Made by a program: the position numbers and the translations under genes
Source: Oscillospiraceae bacterium
Lineage (GTDB): Bacteria > Bacillota > Clostridia > Oscillospirales > Ruminococcaceae
NCBI GenBank assembly: GCA_040766825.1
Contig: JAXGPS010000001.1
Span: forward strand, 13,411-77,410
Length of the DNA stretch: 64,000 bases
Reading direction: 5' to 3'
The notes under the pieces: generated by a model
What the model was told of the DNA's origin: nothing
The model's database searches: none
The model's input: only the letters and a program-made list of their open reading frames with translations
Part shown: piece after piece, positions 1-10,897 of the stretch
How positions within the stretch are numbered: the stretch's first letter is position 1
How the letters are laid out: every line of letters starts with the position of its first letter

Positions 1-240
1 GCACTCCTGTCAGAGCTGTCCGAGGTTATGCGTGAGATTGAAACGGCTTCAAGGCTTTCTCTTTTGGGTATAATAAACAACTCAAATCTTGGCGAAGAAA
101 CGAACTTAGACACTGTAAACAGCTCGCTTTCCTTTGCAAGAGAATTTCTGAGTTGAGTGGACTTCCTCTCGTTTCACGGCGTATTCCGAAGAAATATGCC
201 CTAAATCAGAAAATGCAATGCCAATTAAAATATACGTAAA
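1..240 (+). CDS. 3' end of an unidentified upstream gene (partial; frame change near 170)
   Basis: An open frame runs in from the window edge (…VMREIETASRLSLLGIINNSNLGEETNLDTVNSSLSFAREFLS). After one frame change it continues (…LSGLPLVSRRIPKKYALNQKMQCQLKYT*) and ends near 240. No family was recognised. Confidence 0.3.
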
Positions 241-294
241 ACAAATTTGGCAGGAATAAACCTGCTCACAATAAACAGAAAGGACTTAAATCTA

Positions 295-501
295 ATGGCT
301 AAAATAACTATCGCTTTTGAAAAATGTAAGGGCTGTGGTCTTTGTACAACCGTTTGCCCAAAAAACATTTGCTAATACGAGAAAAATTCCCGTAATTCTA
401 AAGGCTATTTCACCGCTGAATGTACCGATTTAGAAAAATGTATCGGTTGCGCAATGTGTGCTAAAATGTGTCGGAATTGCGTAATTACAGTTGAAAAATA
501 G
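295..501 (+). CDS. korD: 4Fe-4S ferredoxin-type delta subunit of 2-oxoacid:ferredoxin oxidoreductase (frameshifted)
   Basis: ATG at 295 gives MAKITIAFEKCKGCGLCTTVCPKNIC* (one CxxCxxCxxxCP cluster). A second cluster, EKCIGCAMCAKMCRNC…VEK*, is read in another frame and ends at 501. It lies directly upstream of korA. Confidence 0.6.
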
Positions 502-550
502 CCCTATTTCCAAGAGTAAAAAAACATATTTTATATAAGGAGTGAGTTTT

Positions 551-1606
551 TTGGAAAGAAACCTTATGAAAGGTAACGAAGCCCTCGCAGAAGCTGCAAT
601 ACGTGCAGGTTGCAAGTGCTTTTGGATACCTATTACCTCAGACAGAAATCTCTGCTTACATGGCGAAGAGAATGGCCGAAAGCTGGTGGCGTGTTCCTAC
701 AAACGGAATCGGAAATCGCTGCTATTAACATGGTTCTAGGCGCTGCATCTACCGGCGTTCGTGTTATGACGTCCTCTTCTTCACCTGGAATTAGCCTAAA
801 GGCTGAGGGTATCTCATATTGTGCTGCAAGCGATTTACCTTGCGTAATTATTAACGTACAACGTGGTGGGCCTGGTCTTGGTGGTATTCAGCCTTCTCAG
901 TCTGACTATTGGCGAATACAAGGGCGTTAGGACATGGGGATTTTCATGTTCTGGTATTCGCACCTTCCTCCGTGCAGGAGATGAAGGTCGACATGATCAC
1001 AAAGCTTTCGACCTCGCCGACAAGTACAGAATGCCTGCAGCCAAATTCTTGCTGACGGACTTCTCGGGCAGATGATGGAACCTGTAACATTCCCACAAGG
1101 ACTAGACTGAACTTCCAGAAAAGACTTGGGCTGCTAATGGACACGGTAAGAAAAGAAACCACAACATTATCAACAGCCTTATTCTAAAGCCAGAGGACCT
1201 TTACAGACTTAACGTTGAACGTTTTGAAAAGTACGCTGAAATCTGCAAGACGGAAACTATTGCTGAGAGCTATCTTTGCGATGATGCCGATATAGTAATT
1301 ACTGCATTCGGAGCTACTGCTAGAATTGCAAAATCTGCTGTAAATTCAGCTAGAGAACTTGGTATAAAGGCTGGTCTTTTCCGCCCTGTTACAGTTTGGC
1401 CATTCCCTGCTAATGAGCTTAATGAAGCAGTTAAGAATGCCAGCGAAATCCTTTGCGTTGAAATGAGCATGGGACAGATGATTGACGACGTTAAGCTTGC
1501 AATCAACTGCTCAAAGCCTGTGTCTTTCTTTGGAAGAACCGGCGGAGTTATACCAAAGCCATCTGAAATTCTTGAAGAAATCAAAAAGCTTGGAGGTGCA
1601 AAGTAA
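551..1606 (+). pseudogene. korA: 2-oxoglutarate/2-oxoacid:ferredoxin oxidoreductase alpha subunit KorA, at least 5 frame disruptions
   Basis: The N-terminus [16 protein letters not shown] is typical of KorA/PorA. Further KorA segments ([41 protein letters not shown]) are spread over frames 2, 1 and 2. Fragments between 1075 and 1606 are each shorter than 60 aa. The terminal …IKKLGGAK* overlaps the korB ATG at 1606. Confidence 0.8.
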
Positions 1607-2364
1607 TGGCTGTTGTATTTGAAAGACCTAAGTCACTTTGTGATGTTCCTATGCACTACTGCCCCGGCTGTACACACGGTATAATCCACCGTCTTATCTG
1701 CGAAGTTATGGACGAAATGGATATTGAGGGCGAAACAATCGGCGTTTGCCCTGTTGGTTGTTCGGTTATGGCTTATGACTATTTTGGCTGTGACATGATT
1801 GAGGCTCCTCACGGACGTGCACCGGCTGTTGCAACCGGCGTAAAGCGTGCAAATCCTGATAAATTCGTATTCTCATATCAAGGTGACGGCGACCTCGCTG
1901 CTATTGGTACTGCTGAAACAGTTCATAGCGCAACAAGAGGCGAAAACATCACTATAATATTTGTAAACAACGGTACATATGGTATGACTGGCGGTCAAAT
2001 GGCTCCAACTACTTTGCCTGGACAAGTTACTCAAACCACTCCTTTCGGACGTGATGTTACTGTTCAAGGCTACCCTGTAAGAGTTTGTGAAATGCTTTCT
2101 CAGCTTGACGGTGTTGCGCTTGCTCAAAGAACTTCCGTTGACAGCATTCCTCATATCAATGAAACTAAAAAGGCTATTAGAAAAGCTTTTGAAAATCAGC
2201 GTGATAAGAAAGGCTTCTCTATTGTGGAAGTGCTTTCAACTTGTCCTACAAACTGGGGACTTTCTCCTATCGAATCCCTTGAGAGAGTAAGAAACGAAGT
2301 AATTCCTTACTACCCTCTTGGCGTAATTAAGGACAAATATGCGGAGGTGAAGGAAAATGACTAA
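1606..2364 (+). CDS. korB: 2-oxoacid:ferredoxin oxidoreductase beta subunit (TPP-binding)
   Basis: An intact 252-aa ORF. It has the CPGCTHG motif, the TPP-binding GDGD region and the start MAVVFERPKSLCDVPMHYC. The ATG overlaps the korA stop. Confidence 0.9.
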   Translation: MAVVFERPKSLCDVPMHYCPGCTHGIIHRLICEVMDEMDIEGETIGVCPVGCSVMAYDYFGCDMIEAPHGRAPAVATGVKRANPDKFVFSYQGDGDLAAIGTAETVHSATRGENITIIFVNNGTYGMTGGQMAPTTLPGQVTQTTPFGRDVTVQGYPVRVCEMLSQLDGVALAQRTSVDSIPHINETKKAIRKAFENQRDKKGFSIVEVLSTCPTNWGLSPIESLERVRNEVIPYYPLGVIKDKYAEVKEND

Positions 2365-2887
2365 TGAAGTAATTTTCGCAGGATTTGGCGGTCAAGGTAT
2401 TCTTTTCTCCGGCAAGGTTTTGGCTTACACAGGCCTTATTGATGAGCGTGAGGTTTCATGGCTTCCGTCATATGGCCCTGAAATGCGTGGCGGAACTGCA
2501 AACTGTTCTGTCTGCCTTTCTGATAAGCCTATTGGCTCACCTTTGATACTTGAGCCATCAACCTTGGTTGTAATGAACGGCCCATCTTACGCTAAATTCA
2601 TCGACACTGTTCAGCCTAATGGTAAGGTTTTTATCGATTCTACGCTAATTTCTGATAAATGTGAGCGTTCGGATATTTCCTGCTACTACATTCCATGCAC
2701 CGAGCTTGCTCTTTCAAACGATATGAACGGAATGGCAAACATGATTATGCTAGGAAAACTCATTAAGGAAACTAATATGACAAGCCTTGAGTCTGTTAAA
2801 AAGGCTATGGAAAAATGTATTCCTCCTAAAAAAGCTCACCTTGTTGAGCTAAACATGAAAGCAATACAAATCGGATACGACTACTAA
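2357..2887 (+). CDS. korC: 2-oxoacid:ferredoxin oxidoreductase gamma subunit
   Basis: An intact 176-aa ORF starting MTNEVIFAGFGGQGILFSGKVLAYTG, the characteristic gamma-subunit start. It overlaps the korB stop. Confidence 0.85.
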   Translation: MTNEVIFAGFGGQGILFSGKVLAYTGLIDEREVSWLPSYGPEMRGGTANCSVCLSDKPIGSPLILEPSTLVVMNGPSYAKFIDTVQPNGKVFIDSTLISDKCERSDISCYYIPCTELALSNDMNGMANMIMLGKLIKETNMTSLESVKKAMEKCIPPKKAHLVELNMKAIQIGYDY

Positions 2888-2894
2888 AATAAAT

Positions 2895-2929
2895 GCGAGA
2901 AGCTCTTTGATGAGTTTTCTCGCATTTTT
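2895..2929. terminator. Rho-independent terminator (bidirectional) after korC and after the small minus-strand gene
   Basis: Hairpin gcgagaa…ttctcgc followed by TTTTTG. It lies between the convergent ends of korC and the 63-aa gene. Confidence 0.6.
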
Positions 2930-2956
2930 GGTTTGCTTGACTAGAAGTTTTGCTCC

Positions 2957-3148
2957 TTAACGACCTTTGTCATTTTCAGGCATTTGTGGAACGGAAAACG
3001 GATATACTTCTTTATAGTCAATAAATTCCTCTTCGGTTAAGTTTCCGCCTTCCGGAATTAGTCCCGTGCAATCTCCGGAGCTTGCCGTTGTGAAGAAAGT
3101 ATCGTCGTATTGTTCTTCATTAATGAGTGGTCTTTTATCGTTTTTCAT
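2957..3148 (-). CDS. small acidic hypothetical protein (63 aa)
   Basis: A perfect Shine-Dalgarno sequence AAGGAGAAG lies 8 nt before the ATG. It has its own AT-rich upstream region and a shared terminator. No family was recognised (MKNDKRPLINEEQYDDTFFTTASSGD…). Confidence 0.5.
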   Translation of the reverse strand: MKNDKRPLINEEQYDDTFFTTASSGDCTGLIPEGGNLTEEEFIDYKEVYPFSVPQMPENDKGR

Positions 3149-3498
3149 TTTACTTCTCCTTATAGTTTTAAGTTTGTCGTGAAATTATTGTTCGCCAAAA
3201 GTGGTTATTTTATTACATCGTTGCGCATCATATTTTAAGGAATGTTTTTGTTGTATATGCAAACTGCACAAATGTTTTTGTAATAATAAAGTACATTTCA
3301 CGATTTTGATATTTCTTCCTTAAATTTTCTTTAATTTTTAATTGATTTGTGGTAATATAATAAATGATACTATAGTTTTGTCGTGAGTGGTATTTATATA
3401 CTAATTTTATAATACAACCAGTGATTTTTTGATTACAAGATAGGGCTATATTAAATACAATTAATGCGATGTCACGGTTCGCATTGGAAGGAGCTTAT

Positions 3499-4233
3499 AT
3501 GTCTAAAATTATTGCAGTTACGTCTGGTAAAGGCGGTACAGGTAAATCTTCGATATGTGCCGGTTTAGGATATGCACTTGCAAAGCAAGGCAACAGAACA
3601 CTTATTATCGAGCTCGACTTTGGACTTAGATGTATGGACATCATGCTCGGAGTTAGAGATGTTATCCAGCACGACTTGGGAAATGTACTTAACGGGGATT
3701 GTGACATTTACAAGGCTACTACACAAGTTAAAATGGCATCTAACCTCAGCATCGTTTGTGCTCCGAGGATCCATTTGCTCAACTTAACGCTACTCTCATT
3801 CACGAAATTTGTGAAGAAATGCGTAAATATTATGAATATATCATCATCGACACTTCCGCTGGTATTAACTCAGCGTATTTGACATCGTTGAACAGTCCGA
3901 CCTCATCTTAGTTGTTACAACTCCGGACGCTATCTGTGTTCGTGATGCAAGAACAATGTCCGATGAGTTCTATAAGAGAGGCAACAAGAAACAACGTCTC
4001 ATCATCAACAAAGTAAACCTTAAACTCCTCAGCTATGACCTAGTGGCTGACCTTGACCAGATCATTGACACGGTAGGAGTTCAGCTTATTGGCGTAATTC
4101 CTGAAGATATGGCAATTACTGTTGCTACTTCAAAGGTGAAGCTATTCCGTCATCATCTGCTGGATTTAAGGCTTTCGAAGCTATTTCCAAACGTGTTAAG
4201 GGCCAAGAGATGTGCCACTTACAATCAACCTAA
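3499..4233 (+). pseudogene. MinD/ParA-family P-loop ATPase (septum-site-determining-like), at least 2 frameshifts
   Basis: RBS GGAAGGAG then ATG. The deviant Walker A is MSKIIAVTSGKGGTGKSS, and the sequence runs on to …IIELDFGLRCMDIMLGV. The C-terminal MinD-like segments ([13 protein letters not shown]…, [23 protein letters not shown]…KRVKGQE) are in other frames. The stop is at 4231-4233. Confidence 0.7.
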
Positions 4234-4255
4234 AATAAGTATTGGGGGGTTAACC

Positions 4256-4660
4256 ATGAATATCGCACTTATAGCTCACGATTCCAAAAAAGAATTGATG
4301 GTTCAATTCTGCATAGCTTATTGTGGGATTTTGAGCAGACATAATCTTTGCGCAACAGGGACTACTGGAAAGCAAGTTGCAGAGTCAACCGGACTTAGAA
4401 TCCAGCGTTATCTTAGCGGTGTTCAAGGCGGGGATCAGCAGATCAGCGCTCGCATCTCATGCAATGAAATTGACTTGTTGCTATATTTCCGTGACCCAAT
4501 CACACCAAAGCCTCATGAACCTAATGAGCTGAATTTGCTTCGTCTTTGTGACGTTCATAATATACCTCTTGCAACAAACATTGCAACTGCTGAGGCTCTA
4601 ATTCATGCGCTTGAAAGAGGAGATCTTGATTGGCGTGAGATTATCAATCCACGTGACTAA
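4256..4660 (+). CDS. mgsA: methylglyoxal synthase
   Basis: [19 protein letters not shown]…ATGTTG…[11 protein letters not shown]…[15 protein letters not shown] is the canonical MgsA motif set. The ORF is intact at 134 aa. Confidence 0.9.
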   Translation: MNIALIAHDSKKELMVQFCIAYCGILSRHNLCATGTTGKQVAESTGLRIQRYLSGVQGGDQQISARISCNEIDLLLYFRDPITPKPHEPNELNLLRLCDVHNIPLATNIATAEALIHALERGDLDWREIINPRD

Positions 4661-4697
4661 TCTATATAGCAGCTGCTGAAATTCTTATCGACGCACT

Positions 4698-4726
4698 TGA
4701 CAAAACTACATTTATGTAGTAAAATC
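4698..4726 (+). promoter_or_regulatory. sigma-A-type promoter for the T-box leader
   Basis: TTGACA, a 17-bp spacer, then TAAAAT. Confidence 0.45.
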
Positions 4727-4732
4727 ACCTTA

Positions 4733-4984
4733 ATATATTATCTGCTTTGAAAAGTAGAGTACCCTTTTTTTAATTCGCAAAGAGAATGACGGGTGTTTCA
4801 ACTGAAACTCTTCTGTGACCGTCACGGCTTATTATTGGTGAAGGACACCTTGGAGCTTTTGTACGATTAAGTACAAACGTTATTTCACGTTACGAAATTT
4901 AAGAGCAGTTATTTGCTGAATCAGGGTGGTACCACGGCTAATCTTGTCGTCCCTTACATTTTGTGTAAGAGGACGGCTTTTTAT
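4733..4984 (+). promoter_or_regulatory. T-box leader (tRNA-sensing riboswitch) controlling the methyltransferase-hisS-aspS unit
   Basis: The conserved T-box sequence AATCAGGGTGGTACCACGG is at 4919-4937 and carries the UGGU antiterminator bulge. The terminator hairpin cgtccctta…taagaggacg plus a T-run lies at 4946-4984. Upstream there is a GA-motif/AGTAGAG stem-I region. Confidence 0.65.
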
Positions 4985-5003
4985 TTTCAGAAAGGATTTT
5001 ACT

Positions 5004-5799
5004 ATGTCAAAAAATATAGATAATTCTACACGTTTCACTGGTTTTAGTGAACTTTATGACGGCTCACGTCCGACATTTGACGATTTCCCGATTGTTCTTC
5101 TTCAAAAGTATTTGAAAAGTGAAATCGACGTTATCGCCGATTTCGGCTGTGGGACAGGTCTTTCAACGGAAGTGCTGTCCAAACACTGCCGTTCTGTAAT
5201 CGGAGTTGAACCTAGTGAAGATATGCTTGAAATTGCCAAGTCTAAGGGGATTTCAAACGCTACTTTCTTGCATGAATATTCGCATTCTACAAGCATTCCT
5301 AGTGACTCTGTTGACTTGGTTATATGCTCTCAATCTTTTCACTGGATGGAGCCTAAGTCTACATTAGCGGAAGTGAACCGTATTCTCAAAAAGGGCGGAA
5401 TATTTGCCATTGACTATGACAGGACACCTTTGCTCGGAATTGAGTGAACTTAAGTATGCTAATTTATTCTCCCATTCGTTAAATGGTGCGAAGATAATCT
5501 TGCAAATTTAAAGGACACTTTCAGACGCTTCAGCAAAGATGAACACCTGAAAAACACATAACAGAGCGGGTATTTTGAAGTATTCTCGTGAAGTGGTTTT
5601 CCATAAGCAAACAGCTTTCAACGCTGAACAGCTCATCGGACTTGCAATTAGCAGTGGCGGTATTCAGAATATCCTTAAAAAACGCCCTGACCTCATTGAG
5701 CGCAGACTTAATGAGTTTGCCGATGCTGTCCATCATGACTTTGAGGATAAGGAAATCGACATTTATCTGTTTTATAGAATGAGATTTGGAATTAAGTAA
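5004..5799 (+). CDS. class I SAM-dependent methyltransferase (one frameshift between 5447 and 5575)
   Basis: Motif I is DFGCGTGLST and the protein starts MSKNID. The C-terminal part (…LIGLAISSGGIQNILKKRPDLIERRLNEFADAV…) is read in another frame and ends at 5799. Confidence 0.75.
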
Positions 5800-5818
5800 C
5801 TGAAAGGAATTCAAAAAT

Positions 5819-7127
5819 ATGGCACTTTTAACACAACGACCTAAGGGACTCAAGACGTAGTCCCTTCTGAAAGTTACAAGTGGCAAACTGTTGAAAAAGC
5901 TTGCTGCTGAAACTGCTGAAAAAATACGGATTTCGTGAAATACGCTTTCCGACTTTTGAACATACTGAACTTTTCACCCGCTCAGTTGGCGATACAACTG
6001 ACGTTGTTCAAAAAGAAATGTACACATTCACCGACAAGGGCGACCGTTCAATCACTCTAAGACCTGGGGACTGCCGGCACTGTTCGTGCCATGCTTGAAA
6101 ATGGGCTTCTTAATGAGCGTCTGCCACAAAAAGTGTTCTACTTCCCTTCCTGCTTTAGATATGAAAAGCCACAAGCCGGCAGACTTCGTGAGTTCCACCA
6201 GTTCGGCTGCGAAATGTTCGGCAGTGCTTCCCCTTGTGCAGATGCTGACGTTATCGCTCTTGCGAAAACTTTTATTGATAGAATTGGACTTAAGGACGTT
6301 AAGCTTTACATTAATTCTATCGGCTGTCCGACTTGCAGAAAGGAATATCACGACGCTCTCCGCAAATATTTTGAAGAACGTAAGGGCGAACTTTGCGAAA
6401 CCTGTCTTGGAAGATTAGGGAAAAATCCTATGCGCATTCTCGACTGTAAGAGCCCTGTTTGCTCTGAAATTGCGAAAGATGCGCCGATTATCCTTGATTA
6501 TCTTTGTGAGGAATGCGATCTGCATCACTTCCTGTACATAACCTCAATGCAATGAACATTGAGTTTGAAATTAACCCTAAAATCGTAAGGGGACTTGATT
6601 ACTACACAAAGACTGTTTTTGAGTTTATAACAACCTCCATTGGTGCGCAAGGCACTGTTTGTGGCGGTGGACGTTATGACGGACTTATCGAGCAACTCGG
6701 TGGTAAGCCACTCCCTGCTCTTGGTTTTGCGATGGGAATTGAAAGACTTATTCTTACTATGGAAAATCAGGGCTGCGATTTTATATACCTGCTAAGAAGT
6801 GCGACCTTTATATCGCATCTATGGGCGAGGCTGCTCTTTCTCGTGCAATTGTTCTTACAAAGGCTTTTGCGTGATGAGGGATTTTTGGGTGGAATACGAC
6901 GTTATGGGTAGAGGGCTTAAGCCTCAGATGAATATGCTGATAAGCTAAATTCTCAATTTGTACTTGTGCTTGGTGAGACTGAACTTGAAAGCGGCAACGC
7001 AAACCTCAAGAACATGACTACCGGTACTCAGACGCCTATCACTCTTGGAGATGGATTTGTAGAACAATTCTCTAATATTTCCGTTTCAAATATGTTCAGT
7101 GGCGTACTTGAGGATTTTAATATTTAA
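5819..7127 (+). pseudogene. hisS: histidine--tRNA ligase HisS, at least 4 frame disruptions
   Basis: MALLTQRPKG|[17 protein letters not shown]|…[47 protein letters not shown]…FPSCFRYEKPQAGRLREFHQFG…[12 protein letters not shown]…GGGRYDGL… are HisS segments spread over all three frames. The end, …SGVLEDFNI*, is at 7127. Confidence 0.85.
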
Positions 7128-7167
7128 TCTAAACTTGGAGGAAAAATAATGGCAATCAATCAAAGGA

Positions 7168-8930
7168 ATGAAACGCACCCATTACTGCGGCAAAGTCGAG
7201 GAATTGGCAATGTCGTAACAGTAGGTGGTTTTGTTCAGAAAATACGTGACCTTGGCAACCTTATATTTATAGACCTTCGTGACTCAACAGGAATTGTTCA
7301 GCTTGCTTTCAACGACACGACTTCTCGTGAAATCTTTGAAAAAGCTTCCTCTTGTCATAGCGAATACGTCCTTATGGCAACGGGTACAGTTTGCGCAAGA
7401 GAGAGCGTAAATGCTGAAATTTCCACCGGAAGTGTTGAAATCATGGTAACTGAGCTGCGCATTCTTGCAAAGGCTCAAACGCCTCCTTTTGAAATCACAA
7501 ATGAAACTAAGGTTAACGAAAATCTACGACTAAAGCACCGTTACCTTGACTTGCGCAGAGCGCCACTTCAGCAAAATATAATCAAGCGCCATCATATTGC
7601 AAGAGTAACTCGTGAATATTTCTATGAAAACGGCTTTATCGAAATCGAAACACCTATGCTGATTAAATCAACTCCTGAGGGCGCTCGTGACTATCTTGTG
7701 CCATCAAGAGTTCATAAGGGCAACTTCTACGCTCTCCACAATCACCTCAAATTTACAAGCAACTTCTCAGTGGTTTCTGGCTATGACAGATATATTCAGC
7801 TTGCAGATGTTTCCGTGATGAGGACTTACGTGCTGACAGACAGCCCGAATTTACTCAAATCGACTTAGAGATGGCTTTTTGTTGACATTGATGATGTTCT
7901 TGAAATGATTGAGGGCTATATTCACCGTCTTTTCAAAGATGTAATGAATATTGAACTTGCGCAAAAGCTTCCAAGACTTACATTTACTGACGCAATGAAC
8001 CGCTATGGCTCGGACAAGCCTGACACTCGTTTTGAAATGGAAATTCAAGATATTTCCTCTCTTGTTAAGGACTGTGGATTTGGAGTTTTCACCTCTGCAA
8101 TTGAGGCTGGAGGTAGTGTTCGCTGTATCGTTGCTAAAAACGCTGCTGCTACTCTCACTCGTAAGGAAATCGACAAGCTAACTGAAATGGTCCGTGGAAT
8201 TGGCGCTAAAGGACTTGCTTACGTTAGATGGGTGGACGATGCACCTAGCTGTTCTTTTGGCAAGTTCATGGGCGAGGGCGAACTTGATGCTATCCTTAAT
8301 GCTACTAACTGCGAAAAGGGTGACGTTATGCTTATCGTTGCCGATAAAAACAGCGTTACATTGCCTGTTCTTGGTGCTTTGCGTCTTAAAGTTGCAAAAC
8401 AGCTTGACATTATTCCTGAGGGTTGGAACTTCCTCTGGATTACAGAAATGCCATTCTTTGAATGGGACGAAGATAATCAAAAGTGGCTTGCTATGCACCA
8501 CCCGTTCACAATGCCTATGGAAGAATGTCTTGAATATTTGGATACTGAACCGGGTAAGGTTCGTGCTAAGGCTTATGACCTTGTTCTTAACGGTATTGAG
8601 CTTTCAAGTGGCTCAATCCGTATTACAGACTACGAACTTCAGCAGAAAATGTTTGAGGCACTCGGTCTTGAGGCTGAAGAAATTGAGGCTAAATTCGGTT
8701 TCTTAGTTGATGCTTATAAGTACGGCGCTCCTCCTCATGGTGGTGCTGGAATTGGTCTTGACCGTCTTGCGATGTTGCTATGCGGTGAGGAAAGTTTACG
8801 TGATGTTACTGCATTCCCTAAAATGCAGAACGCTTCAGAACTTATGTCCTCCTGCCCTGCTACTGTGGACGATGAAAGCCTTGAAGTTCTAGGAATAAGC
8901 ATCGTTCCTGAAGAAAAAACCGAAGACTAA
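7168..8930 (+). pseudogene. aspS: aspartate--tRNA ligase AspS, about 3 frameshifts
   Basis: The true start, MKRTHYCGKVEELAMS, is in a different frame from the track ORF. It continues …LIFIDLRDSTGIVQ…FYALHNHLKF…RYIQLA|[25 protein letters not shown]|…GAPPHGGAGIGLDRLAMLL…. Confidence 0.85.
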
Positions 8931-8956
8931 ATTTCTAAGCTTGTTACGGAGGCCTT

Positions 8957-9760
8957 ATGTACATAGATTTTCACACGCATGGTTTTGCTGATAAAATCGC
9001 TGAAAAAGCCATTGCCGCTCTTGAGGCTAACAGCGGTTTTCCTGCACTTACGGACGGAACTATTTCTGATTTAAAAAGGATACTTCTGTGAGGACGGAGT
9101 TGACAAGGGCGTTTTACTGCCGATTGCGACAAAACCAACTCAACAAACAATAATTAACAACCTCTCAGCAGAACAAAACCCGATGAACTCATATGTTTTG
9201 GCAGCGTTCACCCCGATGCTGAGGACGCTTTAGATGAGCTTAACAGAATAAAATCTCTCGGTCTGAAGGGTGTGAAATTCCATCCGGATTATCAGGAATT
9301 CTTCATCAATGATGAGAAAATGCACCCTATATATGAGCGTTGTCAAGAACTAGGATTAATCGTAGTTTTTCATGCGGGGTATGATCCTCTTCACCAGACT
9401 TAATCCACGCACAGCCTCCCGAATCGGAAAAGGTCGCAAGGAAGTTCCCTAACTTAAAAATCGTTCTTGCCCATCTCGGCGGAATGATGCAGTTCGATTT
9501 AGTGGAAAAGCACCTTGTCGGACTTAGGAATGTGTGGCTTGATACTGGATTTCTTGCCCCTCAACACGAGGACGCTCGAGCATATTGAGCAGTCTCAGCT
9601 TGAACGCATTATCAAAAATCACGGCGCTGACTGTGTTATGTTTGGTAGCGACTTGCCGTGGCAGAGGCCTATTCACGGTATCCAGCAAATCCACAACCTA
9701 AATTAAGCGATAACGAAAAAGAGCAGATTTTCCACAAGACAGCAGAAGATCTACTTGAAT
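8957..9760 (+). pseudogene. amidohydrolase-family (TIM-barrel metal-dependent hydrolase) protein, multiple frameshifts
   Basis: It starts MYIDFHTHGF. Segments …GLKGVKFHPDYQEF…, …KIVLAHLGGMMQF… and …VMFGSDLPWQ… lie in three frames. The C-terminal segment LSDNEKEQIFHKTAEDLLEF runs into the terminator hairpin. Confidence 0.6.
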
Positions 9761-9769
9761 TTAAAAAAC

Positions 9770-9812
9770 ACCGTACAAAGAGCGTTTATAGCTTTTGTAC
9801 GGTGTTTTTTAG
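9770..9812. terminator. intrinsic terminator hairpin (bidirectional)
   Basis: Hairpin caccgtacaaa…tttgtacggtg followed by a T-run. It lies between the convergent ends of the amidohydrolase and peptidase genes. Confidence 0.55.
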
Positions 9813-10694
9813 TAGTCTAAAATCATTGAGCATTCGCCCTTGATATAGTAAATATCGGCAAAATCGTATATATTGTACTCGCTAAACCCACTATCCGAAA
9901 GTGGATCACAAACTGTAATTGTTTCATTGTGCAAGTCATAGCCACAAATCAAGACTGCATGATGCCCCCTGTACCAATGAATTTCCGTTCCGTCAGGTGC
10001 GAACCATGAAACGTTGTACTTCGCTCAACTAGATCCTGCGTTGTGATTGCAAAACGGGGTGTCCTCTGCTATGTACGGAAGTAATTCCTGCAACGGTGTG
10101 CCTGTTAAATCGTAAGCTTTTAGCCTGCTCCCCACCTGTTTAAGATACTTATCTGCTGCACCTTGAATGCACGGTATAAAGCAGCCTAGCCCATAGTCTG
10201 TGAAAGCGGGTCGCCTGCGAAAACATATTGTGTATCCTCGCCGTAAAGTATCCCCTTTATCGCTTGTAATTATCTTATATGGCACGTAATCTTTAGCTAT
10301 TTCGCTCTTGTCAACTTTCCAGCCGTTATAGTTTAGCAGCAGCGTGAGCATTGTAGCCTCGCACCCCGAGGGAAGCTCCGGCAGCTGCAACAACGGCTCA
10401 ATATCAATCATGTGCTTTAGCGAATTCTCAAATTCTCAAGCTCATATGCCTTCAGGACTTCTTTTCTTTGTGGGATTGCTATGCCGTTTGACTCCATTAA
10501 CGGATCATAGTCACCTATCGGACCGTAAGGATCTTCGGTGGTGACGGTAGTTTCAACGGTTACAAGAACTTCTTCTGCTTGCTTGGTAGTTTTTCAGGCT
10601 CATCAATTTCTTGACAGCCGACTAATGCAAGCGCTGATAACAACGCAATCACTCGCAACGATATTCGCATACCACCCGCTGTTCCTTTTCTCAT
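9809..10694 (-). pseudogene. lipoprotein with C39-like papain-fold cysteine peptidase domain, at least 2 frameshifts
   Basis: The N-terminus MRKGTAGGMRISLRVIALLSALALVGC has a lipobox. Segments …LPELPSGCEATMLTLLLNYNGW… (catalytic Cys) and …WYRGHHAVLICGYDL.N.TITVCDP… (His) are in different frames. Confidence 0.55.
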
Positions 10695-10897
10695 TCTCTT
10701 TGCCTCTTTCTTGTTCTTTTTCTCTATATATAACCTTATTCGTCTATAAAATCAGCCGCAAACTGATTTTATGAACAATTCCGTTGAAAACGGAATTGTT
10801 CACTACGCATTAATTAAGAATATACCTTACTTTTTAACAAATGTCAACATTACACATGGTTTTATGTTGCCTCGACTTGTAAATAAAAAATGCGTCC

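Noticed and set aside
1270-1584. 104-aa minus-strand ORF
   Set aside because: It is antisense to the korA coding sequence, lacks an RBS and has no recognisable domain. It is an artefact of reading the opposite strand.
8194-8706. 170-aa plus-strand ORF, and the 8178-8501 minus-strand ORF
   Set aside because: Both lie inside aspS, in an alternative frame or antisense. aspS homology clearly occupies the region.
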